This document shows, one piece after another, positions 1 to 11,600 of a stretch of DNA of 64,000 bases (positions within the stretch are counted from its first letter, which is position 1; each line of letters starts with the position of its first letter). This DNA is from Magallana gigas (taxonomy: Eukaryota), in NCBI RefSeq assembly GCF_963853765.1, contig NC_088855.1, positions 36,704,001-36,768,000 on the forward strand. Reading direction: 5' to 3'. The translations under genes and the position numbers were made by a program. The notes under the pieces are model-generated. The model ran no database searches and was not told where the DNA came from. It saw only the letters and a program-made list of their open reading frames with translations.

Positions 1-683
1 TTTCAAAATAAAAAAACAACATTTAATTCGTTCATTCTGTCTATATCGCTTGCCATTCAAGAGACAAATTTGAAATTAAAGCGGGGGCGAACGTCAGCTT
101 TTATCCTACGTGCGGAAAACTGACGTTCAGAACAAATGAGCGGTAATAAAAGATTTCCCTGTGGTTCTTTGTTGAGCATTAAGGTGCATTTTTAGGAGCC
201 GTTGCTTGCGTAATTGATTTTAGCAGTAATTCATGATGTCACCCACCCCACATTCCCACAGGCCACTGCGCTAATCCGTGCATTGGTGGCATTTTTATTT
301 CCACATAAACAATCTCATGTAAAAAAAACATTTAACACAAACGTTGCCTTCATTATGAACTTACAGGTATATTTGTTCCCAATTAGTTAACACATATGTG
401 ATTACAATATTTGCAAACAGATTTATGCATTCCAGATACACATTTCAGTGCATAATCTAAGAGCTGAAAAAACGATTGATTGACACCAATTAAGAGTTTC
501 TGATAAGAAATGGATGTTAAGTATTCATAACAGGTAAGTATTCATGATTTCCTACCAAGGACACCATTCCACTTAACATTAACAGTGGAATGTAAAGCTA
601 CCAAAACATTTGCTTTTAGGGTTTCTTAGCGGATCAAAAGTTATACCATCCCCAATTTTCTTAACAATTTTGATAAGTCTCAC

Positions 684-1415
684 CTGCATTCTAGCCGCTG
701 CCCCGCGGTTTCTGGGTTGTAGGGACCGGTGTTCCGTGCTCCTTGGGGCCCCGTCCTTCAGCAACAACCGGATCATGAAGAAATAAAGAACGGACGATAG
801 GACGAGGGGAACAACATAGAAAACAACAAAATCAAACACATAGTAAATCCCGTAGTAGTAGCGCTCCAAAGTATATGTACAGCTCTGAACCACGGTACCA
901 TTCCGGGTGTGGGGGACTACTTTGGCTAAAGCCAGCCACGGAGAGCAATATAAAATAGCCAGAGTCCACAACACAAAAAGTATCCTCCTTGCACGACTGA
1001 CCGTACAAATTGTTTGAGCTTTTAAGGAATGACATATTCCTATGTATCGTTCAACGGTAAAGGCACCTATTGAAAGGGAGGACACATTGGCGCCCAAATA
1101 TCCCAAGAAAACGCACAACGTGCACATAAAAGATCCGTAAGGCCAATCTTCCGCACGGAGAAGGGGCTCGGGAATTGTGGGAAGGTTTGAGGAGATGAGG
1201 AGGATGCAGTCAGCCACACAGAGGCTAAGAAGGTAACAGTTTGTGGGGGTCTGGAGACTTCTTCTCTTCAGTATCACAGTTATGACCAAAATATTACCAG
1301 CAAAGCCAATGATGAATATCACCAGGGGCAGCCCCACGGCCATGACCGTATATTCCAATGAGGGCCCCGCCCGAGTGTCCAAAGTGACATTTTCGGAGCT
1401 CTCGTCCATCCGCAT
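684..1415 (-). CDS. TRHR: Thyrotropin-releasing hormone receptor-like rhodopsin GPCR, first coding exon (TM1-TM5); remaining exons lie left of the window
   Basis: ORF shows GFAGNILV (TM1), TPTNCYLLSLCVAD (TM2), YLGANVSSLSIGAFTVERYIGICHSLKAQTICTVSRARRI (TM3/ICL2, closely resembling vertebrate TRHR) and TM5 VVFYVVPL. Donor CAG|GTGAGA at 684/683 in ICL3; the ORF-track tail 579-683 is intronic. Start at 1415 or 1409. Confidence 0.88.
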
Positions 1416-2309
1416 TTAAGTTGGGGAAGAATATTTTTTTCTGATATAGCCGCGATGTTTGGCAGTGAACAAAGTTTTCAATAATTTCGCCTATTACGGA
1501 TCAGTGACTGATTTGCAGATAAATTTCCCTGGAGAACTTTGGCATTTTCCGAGCTTCCCTTACCAACGATTCCCGGTATTCCTTCAAGTAGCAAGCAAAT
1601 TCTGATTATAAGTAGCTTTAAGCATCTTAATTTTTACTCTCCATCGCTTACCACGCTAAACCTAAATGCAGGATATAACCGATCAGCACCGCGCGCTCAG
1701 TAACACAATATCGCCTCCTTCACTGTTTCTTAGCTTTAATAAGTAATTGATTTAGCGAATGTTTTAGATATGCAAAACGATTCCGAATAAATTACATCAT
1801 TAATGACTGATTTACCATTCGCAACCAGTGATAGATAGAAATCTGTCGCATACTTGTCGGGAATGGGAAAGCTTAACGTTTTCTTTTTCTCTTTCTAAAC
1901 ACGGAGAAAACTACATCAATAGCATCTTGTATTGACCGTTTTTGTTTAAATATCTCATTAGAATCGCTATATGATGCATCGGAATGTCAATGCTGTCATA
2001 ATCTTCAAAAATATCAACCATCAGACACGTTAAATAGATGCCCTTTGAAAATTGTCCAATCTTTTTTGCGTACAGGTGATGTCATTTTAAAAAAAAACAT
2101 TTTACATGAATAATTTACGATGGAAATTTTTTGAACATCATTGTTTATACATATATTATCTGACAATATTAGTGTTATTCCATGTATGCAATCAGCGTAA
2201 TTAGTTTTACCGAACAGTGCAGCCTATTGTTTGAATAATTTATGTGGTTGTTTTTAACAAGAGACAAATTGCGCTCACAAAGTTGTTTAGGCAGTTTGAA
2301 ATATTAACT

Positions 2310-2348
2310 CAGAGAGAGACAGAGAGACAGAAAGACAGACAGACAGAC
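2310..2348. repeat. (AG)n/(AGAC)n compound microsatellite
   Basis: agagagagacagagagacagaaagacagacagacagac read directly. Confidence 0.85.
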
Positions 2349-2349
2349 A

Positions 2350-2527
2350 CATGCACCAATTTTAATGGAGTCAGGGGGTTCGGACTCCTCCTGGAGAAAA
2401 AAAAATCACACAGTACAGTTACAAAATCATTCTGTAGGCCCAACCCCACCCACCCGAAAACAAAATTACCCCTCAGACGACTACTTCCACCCAGTAAACT
2501 GAAGAAAAAAATCTGGACCTGCGCATG
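2350..2527. mobile_element. Degenerate short non-autonomous element with CATG...GCGCATG ends (same style as 31330-31589)
   Basis: Ends CATGCACC...TGGACCTGCGCATG; internal GGGGGTTCGGAC, CCCCTCAGAC and AAAAATCTGGA segments parallel those at 31330-31589. Confidence 0.5.
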
Positions 2528-2566
2528 AAAATCAATCAATCATGAAGTCCATCAATACCAAATCAG

Positions 2567-2581
2567 CAGGCACGTAGCATC

Positions 2582-2613
<32 letters not shown>

Positions 2614-2974
2614 GGGGGCCCACTTTTTCTCGCAGCAACAATTTTTTTAAAATTTACATATAAAAAATGGAATTATCATGGAGTTGCCCACCCCCCCCCC
2701 CCACTTTTTTGGGAGTATGTAAAAAATTGTTATGAAAATAAGGAAATGAGGAGTGAAATTGAAGGTAAAAATTGATATGAAAATAAGGAAATGAGGAGTG
2801 AAATTGAAGGTATATTATACGCCAGCCCCCCCCCCCCCCCCCCCCCCCCGGATTAGGATTTTGAAGATTTTGGGAAACTTAAAATTTGTCTTTTTGGGGG
2901 GGGGGGGGCTTGTCAAGACTTTTTGGATGAGTCTGCCCCCCCCCCCCCCTTCCAAAAACGATGCTACGTGCCTG
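2567..2974. mobile_element. MITE with perfect 16-bp TIRs, poly-G/poly-C tracts and an internal 45-bp tandem duplication
   Basis: CAGGCACGTAGCATCG (2567-2582) and CGATGCTACGTGCCTG (2959-2974). Unit tatgaaaataaggaaatgaggagtgaaattgaaggta occurs at 2731 and 2776. No clean TSD seen. Confidence 0.85.
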
Positions 2975-3983
2975 GTCAGGGAATGTTCGGCAGAGTTTTT
3001 GGATCTTTGAAGACGATCAAAATTAATCAATCATTAACGAGTAAGCCCGCGGAAATGTCGTCAAAAAAGGATGTATTGTTGCGGCTGTTTATTTCATCTC
3101 CATTCATCACTTGCTGCTTTCTGGGCGACATTTCATTATACTCAGTTTTCGTATCCTTTGGAGGTTTTAGACTTCAAAGGTAAATTAAGATTGGAGATTT
3201 TTTGTATGAAGTTCCTTGCAAAAATTTCGCTAAATCGATTTTATTGACATAAATCGTATCGATGTCGTGACTAAACCCACGATTGTCTGGGCTTAGAGCA
3301 GACTCGCGGGGCTCAATGTCTGTTCTGTTGGTTTGTCAGTGGCTCCTCTGTGTATTTCAATTTGTTTTCTTTTGAAGCTCTAAGAAAAATAAATACTTTT
3401 TACATTTTTGGTAATTAATTCAAAACTCACTGGATATAAATGTCCTGTAGTTTGTTTATTTTAAACAGCCCAATTGTCGCAACATTAAAATCAACCTACT
3501 TCATACATGTATTCAATAACGATAGTCAGATAGCACGTAGACTATTTTACTTGCTCTCAACGTAAGCAAACTATTCAAATGAGGGGTGCTTTCTTGTTGC
3601 AAAACCAGGAGGATAATTGGTATGCTCAGCTGTAAAACGGTTTAACCAGTGCTCTAACGTATCAATATGCCGTGAAGTACTGGGGACGTGGATGCTTCCA
3701 TGTGATAATTAAATTCTTACACCAAATGTGATTTTCATTTCGAAACACTTCAGGTGAAGATAACTTGTGTGACACCTCAATTATCTATAAAATTCGCATA
3801 TATATATAACCCTCCCTTTCACCCTCAAATAGAAAAGTTTGTGACCATGACCTCGACTTTTTAAAGATTTCCTTGAGCAATTGGTCCACAGACAAACTTT
3901 TTCAATAAATATATATCACACATGGTGAATTCCCGCATAGTCAATGAGTAATGACGACTAGCATCTTCTAGGCTGCAGTACCA

Positions 3984-3989
3984 TTTATT
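3984..3989 (-). terminator. Candidate poly(A) signal of the SLC7A9-like gene (3'UTR about 1.65 kb)
   Basis: AATAAA on the - strand, downstream of the stop at 5642; end of transcript not proven. Confidence 0.4.
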
Positions 3990-5641
3990 GAGATCTGTGT
4001 GTTTACACACGTTTGCATAAACCAGATTAGAATCAACAGTCACGCAAAACATAAAACATTTACCAATGAACAAAAATTGATGTGTTACAATAAAAGTTTA
4101 CACTGAAACATTTCAAAATAAGATGGGAACAGACCATGACTGGCGTTATCACTGAAAACTGTCACTTCACCTACACAACGCTAACATAGTGACATAGATA
4201 TAGGACTTGAATGTATAAAACGGTTTGATGTCTTATTGTTATAATATACATGTAAACCAATCATTCTTACCATGATTTCTATTTCCCTTTAATACTATTG
4301 ATGAAATACAAAAACGGTTCTATACAATGACCAGTTTATCTACATTGAAAAATAAAAGCCCTGAAACTTCTGAAGATGAAAGGGGGGAGGGGTTCTAGTC
4401 ATGTTAGTAACAACAACCTAAGTGGGTATGTGTAGATAGATAAATCAGATGCATATGAAAAGTAAATTTTATGGTTTGTGTATATGTAATACTTTTACAT
4501 GCTGAAATAGCTTTACATACTCTGCTACAGAGAATAAAAACTACATTTACTATATGTTCATATCTAATGGGAAATAAATAACACTTTGGTGTAAACAAAT
4601 GTTCTCACAACATTGGTATATGGACATTGTGAAACCAGGTGAAAGCAATTGAAATGCTGACAAACAATAAAATAAATTAAAAACTAAAACACACTGTGCA
4701 ATTTTCAGGATAGAAAATAAAATAAGATATACATGGTATACAAAGCTCACTCACTCTCACACTAATACATGCAAAACTGTTTGTCCAAAGACGGGTACGT
4801 CTCCAGACAAATTGGTCTGTAATGCTGGGTAGAATAAGCTGTAATTATTTTGGCACATCTAGTAATACCCAAACAATGGCTACACATATAAAAGGAACAC
4901 AAGTCTATGCAGCAAGAGAAAGTTCCACAGCGACCATTAGACAAAACGCACAAAGAAAGAAAACCTCATTAAAGCAGACTTTGACAGGTTTGAACAGATT
5001 CCTTGATTCTATATGGAATGTACATTGTATCGACAACACTTGATACTCGATGTAATACTAAACTAAAACCGCAGACCATGTAATGCTGATCTCTGTAAAC
5101 AAACTGTACTATACTCGAATGCTTATACATGTATATATCAACTGTAATGCTAAAGTCTGTGAACAAACTGTACTATACCTGCATGTTTATACATATACAC
5201 AGTCAACTGTGTAAACAAACTGCACTATACATACTACATATAAATACGTGTACACTGTCAATTCTTCACATTAATTACAAAAACTCAACAGTTCTATAAT
5301 AATAATAACAGATTTTATAGCACTCAGTCAACAAAAATAAATAAAAATTTAAAGATATAACAATTAGGTTTTTGTTGACGCATCCACATAAAGAAAAAAA
5401 AATAAATTATAAATATATATGACACTTGAACAATAGTTTTCTTTCTTTCTTAATTTTTTTAAACATACATAATTTATAAAATATCTATACATGCTGCTCT
5501 GTGAAAAACATTTACACTGAAATTTCAACATGATTAAGGTATAAAATATACATTAACACATGTTCATATCAATGTATCATAATAGCACAATATCACAGTA
5601 ACAATATAATAAGATTAAGCTATAATCTTTGATGGACTCCA

Positions 5642-8600
5642 TCAGTCTCCAATGATTTCAGATTCATACTTGCTAGGTGCACACCATAAGACCAACTGGA
5701 TGAATTTAGTCACAGTGTCTAAAAGAGAAAACAATAAATTTAAAAAACCGCGAAAAATACAAATGTGCGAGTTTTTTTTATATATTTCAGAGGTCTCTGA
5801 TAAGAGAGGTAACTCTGACTGGAATATCTGAGTATATCTTAACACCCCCCCCCTCACTAGGTAGAATTGAATTGTATAGAATTCAATTATACTTACCAGT
5901 ATATGGAAGAGATTTCTTCATTACTACAAATGGAACATAGAATACTAGGCCACTGATGACAAAGATGAAGGCATACAGGAACTCGATCCTTGGATCATTG
6001 ATTATTGGGGCTATCACTAGGTATATGGACACACAGAGAACACTTATGGGTAGAATAATGGGCACCTGTCAAAAATAACACACACATTAAAAGGGTAACA
6101 AGGAACTTGCAAATAACTTAATTGTAAAAAGAATCTAACAGGCATGAAAGCCAGTGTTTATTCTGTCAAAATATTTTATATAATAATGCATTATCTCAGT
6201 TTTATATACAATCAATGACTTTTTATGTAAAGCTTATCTCTATGTACGCTCAAATGAAGGAGAAGCTTCCCCACCTTGTAAGGTCTCTCAACATCTTTCA
6301 TGGTGTATCTAAGAACCAACAATGCTGCCATTGTACTGCCGTAAAACATCCAGGCTGTGAAGCTGAAGAAATCAATCAGAGCAAAGATGTCTCCCAATAG
6401 GACCATTAAAGCAGCCAGGAAAGTCTGCAAAACAAGGAGAGGTCAATCAATAGATACTATAAAAGGAAACTTGGCTATGTCAGTTATCACAGTCTTTGAA
6501 GAGTATGTGAACTGTTTACGCTATTTAGTTTTTATCGATGCAATTAATCAGTCTTATAGCCAGAAGTTAGCTGATGTTTTTATCAGAAAGCTGCTTACAG
6601 AAACCAACAGAGATGGGAGAGGGGTGAACTTCTTCAGATGAACGTAGGACAGGACCTGAGGTAGATGACCCTCCCTGGCGGCCACAAATGTTAATCTACA
6701 AACAAACAAAGTGATTCGATGAAAAAATGAAAGAACACGTAGTCCATAACAGGCTACAAGAAACCAAGTCTCATTTTTGTTATGTAACGTTTGTGTTATT
6801 TGCCTGTACAAATAGCAGTACCTCCAAGTTGCTAATATTTGCTACTTTGAACCATTAATGCATGTTAAACCAACATACAAAGTAAATGTACTATATCAAA
6901 AAATTGTCCTAGTTTTCAAACCACTTGATTTGACATAGCTTCAAGTTGGTTTACAATATTCTCTAATAAAAGCTTTGAAATTCAATTTATTTTGGAGACT
7001 GTATAATGTCTTAATACGTTGGCAATTTCTTGATCCTAAAATTTTGTACCTTCCTCCAGTGAAACATGAGCCATTGGCAGCACCAAATGTGGAAAGGGCC
7101 ACAGATATAGGTATAAAGACTGCAGCAACACCCAAAACCCTGTCTCCCCAGGTCTACAAATAACAACACAGAACTCATTCAGTATTCAAGAATAAAATAT
7201 GGAGATGCTTTTGATTTATGATCATACATGTACAATAATGAAGTGAATTTAATGGAGTTATAAGGGTCTTTGAGATATGTATTTATCACAAATCTCAAAC
7301 ATTCCAGAGTCATTATCAGAATGAAGGCTGAAAATTCTTTTCTTTAGGAAGTAAGCGAATGTTGTGTGTTGTGGATGGATTTGAACCACTCACTGCGGCA
7401 ACAGCTGTGGACTGAAGCAGCTCTGCCCGGGTCATCACAGTGAGGTAGGACAGGTTGGTGAACAGGTAACACACCGTCACCAGCGGGATACCAATCATGA
7501 TGGCCAGGGGAAGATTCCTGTCATCAGCAACAAAAACACCCATCAGTTATATTTTGTCTATAGACTGTCCTAAACTTTCATTAAAGCACATCTTCCTTTA
7601 ATCCATGTGAACTTTGTTATTGGGATTGAATCAGGCAATTAAGATCTATCAAATTTATTTGTGTCTTATCATAAGATCAGACGCCACCTATCTTCCATTT
7701 TTTTCTTATCTCTGCAATGTGAAGATTTCCACAACATAATTTCAAAATCATATTTTTGTGTTATATGATCTTTTTCTATTTGGATAAATAGTTTTAATTG
7801 AAAATATAACAACTATACACATTAAATTGCATTTTGCAAGCTATAAAAAGAAAAATTCCAAATATTCTAACTCCAAAAATAGCATGAAAATGCACCCTGA
7901 ATTTCTGGACATGAACAACTGTTTAAATGCTTAAAAAAGAAAAAGAATTTATCAAGGAAAATTATCTTTAATTAACTGAGGAAGTTCGCATTTAAATTGA
8001 AAGATATCACATGTCAACCTATTGCATCGGCTAGAAAATTTGAACAGATAAAATTCAAATTAAATACTGATGATTAAACCTGTTTATTCTTTACAGTAAA
8101 CCCCTGTTTTCTTTCAGTGACTACAGTGAACTTTGTGTTAAACAGAGATGATTAAAGTCTTGACCAACAAATAATTAGAGTTATCTTTCTTCCCATACGT
8201 ACCTTCTTGGGTTCTGAATTTCTTCGGTGATGTAATTTAAGTTATTCCTGCAAAAAACATCAAAACAAATCAGTATTAAAAACTACTTCCACTTCCCCCA
8301 GTATTTTTAAAAAGACTTTTCTGAAAAAGCATACACTCATTTTATTTCAATACATTTGTATTCCAAAATAATTTATAATTACCATCCATCATAAGCCCAA
8401 AGTCCATCATAAAAAGCTAATGCTATTAAGGATGGTGACTGCACAGAATCCTGAAAACCAGTGTTAATTTCCTCTACCTCACCTGTAATATACACATATA
8501 TGTATGCAATCTATTGGTAAAAAAAAAATAAGGTAATAAAATTTCTCAACACGAGATTAAATTTCTGGAGTAAATCAGCGAACATTCTCACCTCTTCCCA

Positions 8601-11600
8601 TGTAGACAAATCCCCCTATGGTTATAACAGCAATAGCGATCAATTTTGCTGCTGTGAAGAAATTCTGTACCTTTGTTGCCAGCTTCACACTGTAGCAATT
8701 GATAGTTGATACAAACACTGAAAAAGATGAGAAAAAATTATGGTATTAAAAATTATTTGCCCAGTGGGAAAACGATATATACCGGTAGATACATTTTAAA
8801 CTTTAATTTTTCTCTATGGTACACTGTACCCAGAGTAAAACTTTCACTTACAAAGACACACGATGGAGACGATTTTGACAAGTACATCAGGGGGTCCACA
8901 CTCAAAGAAAGGCTCAGTGGTGTACAAAGCAAAGCTCATGGATACCACCCCAAATAATGCAGGCTTTAGGATCAGAACAGAGGTCCAGGCAAACAGAAAG
9001 GCAGGAATGGGGCCCAGGGTCTTATGGAATGGTCCAAAGGCCTCGTGAAGATACGCATATTCTGCTCCAGACTTGGTAATCAATGTGCCAAGCTCTGCAT
9101 AGGACAAGGCCCCTGGAAAATAGAAGACTGCAAATGAAAAATCTTAGACTTCATATCTAATATATAATATCTATGTAGGTTTTCTTTAAGGTTTTTTTTT
9201 TTTTGTAAAGTGAGAATACGAAGTGTTTTAATCAAATTAGAAAACAATGCCTACACCGCTAGTTAGTGTGAGTGCATTATATGCTAATACTTACTTTTTT
9301 TGAATGAATCTACTTTGATACATGGTTTATTTTTGCATTTGATACGTGTAAGCTTTTAGAAAGTCATAAACAAAATACATTCCGAAATAAAACAGATTCA
9401 TAGCATATGTTTCAATATACTTCTATAGTGTGTGTGAAAGTAAAAGGATTGGAAAAATCTTGTTGGTTTTCTTTTTTCTTAATGAATATAAAACTACATG
9501 TTTATTACGTGAGTTAGACTAAAAAATAAAAGGCCGTGTAACAGAACAGAATGTGACATTGAAAATAGAATGCTTGAGACTGAGTGATATTAGCACAGTG
9601 GGAGTTATAGGACTGTTCCATGACCAAAGTCCATGCGGAGGGCATCCTGGCACATGGTTCAAGTTCTCCTACAGCCAAAACAAGGGCTTGTCATTGTAGT
9701 CTCTCCAATATGCGAGCATATTGTTGTGTGGAGGACTAAATGGCAAGCTGCCTAACAAGTTAACTGGTCTCCTGAAAAATTCAGTCTCTTTAAATTTTGA
9801 TAAGGATATGCATCTTGATTACATTTATAAAACTGCATCTTTTAGAAAAAAATTCTAAATCTGGAATTGTTTTCTGTTAGTTTATTTTTATTTTTCACAA
9901 ATAAAAAGTTCTGATTTACCAATCTATTCTAGATTCTTTTCTTGATATCAATAAATCTTTGAATGTTTTGATTCGAAATTTCAAACTAAAAATCATTTAT
10001 ATTACTTAATTTCAAATTCTAAGTATGACAGCATTGTATATTTCTGTTTTCCAATTTTGTCTGACATTTCCCAGGAGAGTTAACAAATGAAACCATATGC
10101 GTCACTCCAAGATGTCCGGGAGGATATATATGGCTTCTCTAGAAAATTTCAAGCTAATGTGCCATGGATGTCTCTCCGTGAAGGCCTTTCTGGAACCAGC
10201 CCTTCCTGGAACATAATTCATCACATTTCATATTTCTCAATCAAACATTAACAACATGTCGGCAATCGGATGTCGGCATAGCCTCTGCTTTCCCCATCAT
10301 CTGCTGCTTTACAAGGAACTGTTCCAGAAAGTTTTCTGTGGAGGATTAACTGGCCTACTTAAACCTTAGCAAAAAAAAGGTTTTTAAAAGGAAATAGACC
10401 AGGGGGAATAAAGTTTGAGGTGACATTTTTGTCTCTCCAAGATGTCCGGGAGGGCAAAATGGCACCTATACTCCTATGCTTATGGATGGTATCAAGACTG
10501 AAGCTGATGAAGAAGAAAATGGATAGTGAGGATGATAAAACACAATTTGGTTTTTTGATATGTACATAAAGGACAACAGTCCTTCAGAAACATGGCTTTA
10601 ATGATGTTTTACTGACAAAATGAAGAGCAGATCATACTCTGCAATTATGACATCATCAGCCTCAGTTCGGGCAAGCTTGTAAAATGTGCCAGAGGGTCTC
10701 TCCAACCAGAACCAATGGAGGGCTAACTGGCACTAATGTATGTCACCTATATCAGCCGAGTGCTGCAGTGTCTCTCCACGCACACAGGAGGGCAAGACAG
10801 CACCTGCCAAGCACAAGGGAAGTGCTTAGTCTGATAATCATGTTCATAATCATTATCACAAGAATCTTCTAAATTTTAATTCCCTTATGAACTTCTGAAT
10901 ATAAAATGCAATTTCCCTTCTCTGTAACAATATTTTTTTTATTATCTAAAATAAATGGCCTTATTTATAGGTTCAGCCATGAACATGATTATCAAACAAT
11001 ACACAAAGTGACAGAATGATCAGTTTCCACAGTTTAAAATTCTCTGTTCATGTGTGATAGGTTAAGGAATTTTGATTCATGACCGAATGATTTTGGTTTT
11101 AGTGATGGTGTAAAAGGGTGTGAACTTTCAAATATTCCTTGAATTTCTTTTCAAAAACATTGAGCAAGCAAACAATTTTTCATTCAACATTCCCCAACCC
11201 CCCTAAAACACACACCTACGTAAACAAACATCAAATGTATTAATAAGTAAACAGGCTATCTACTGTCGCATACTCTGTTATTGACAAAAAGATTAAATGA
11301 CAAACAGCAACATAATCTCTCAGGATTAAAACTATCATGCACACAGTGGAAAAAAATCAATCTACATGTTCAAAGCTCGTACAGCAAAAGCCGAGATTGC
11401 ATTCTAATTTTTTTTTTTTCAATCAAGGCTTTGTGATTTCTCTAAAAATTGTATCTATAATTTAAGCTGTCTGGTTTTCAATGCAGTGATCTGTTTTAGT
11501 GACAAAGAATGCATTCAAGCTATCATACTCCTCTACAGATTTTAATGGAAGCACAATGATTCTTAGAAAAAGGATAACATTTTTAAAAAGTTCTTAAGAA

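Noticed and set aside
88-130. Short hairpin GAACGTCAG...CTGACGTTC in the TRHR-like intron
   Set aside because: Isolated stem in a probable repeat fragment; no family features to support an RNA gene.
2798-3183. Pro/Gly-rich ORFs in the ORF track
   Set aside because: Translations of poly-C/poly-G tracts inside the MITE at 2567-2974.
10498-10620. CTGATGA...CTGA as a C/D snoRNA
   Set aside because: Imperfect C box, no terminal stem, no evident D'/C' boxes or antisense element.
9618-10803. Twister, HDV-like or hammerhead ribozyme, H/ACA snoRNA or pre-miRNA identity for the hairpin array
   Set aside because: GTGGAGGG and GGCTAA resemble twister and HDV fragments, but the required helices and pseudoknot partners are absent. 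There is no complete CUGAUGA/GAAA core. H and ACA boxes are not at a consistent 14-16-nt distance on either strand. Arms are too short for pre-miRNAs.
10684-10872. 62-aa ORF overlapping hairpins 7-8 as a repeat-encoded protein
   Set aside because: Loop lengths among the copies are not multiples of three, so no shared frame.
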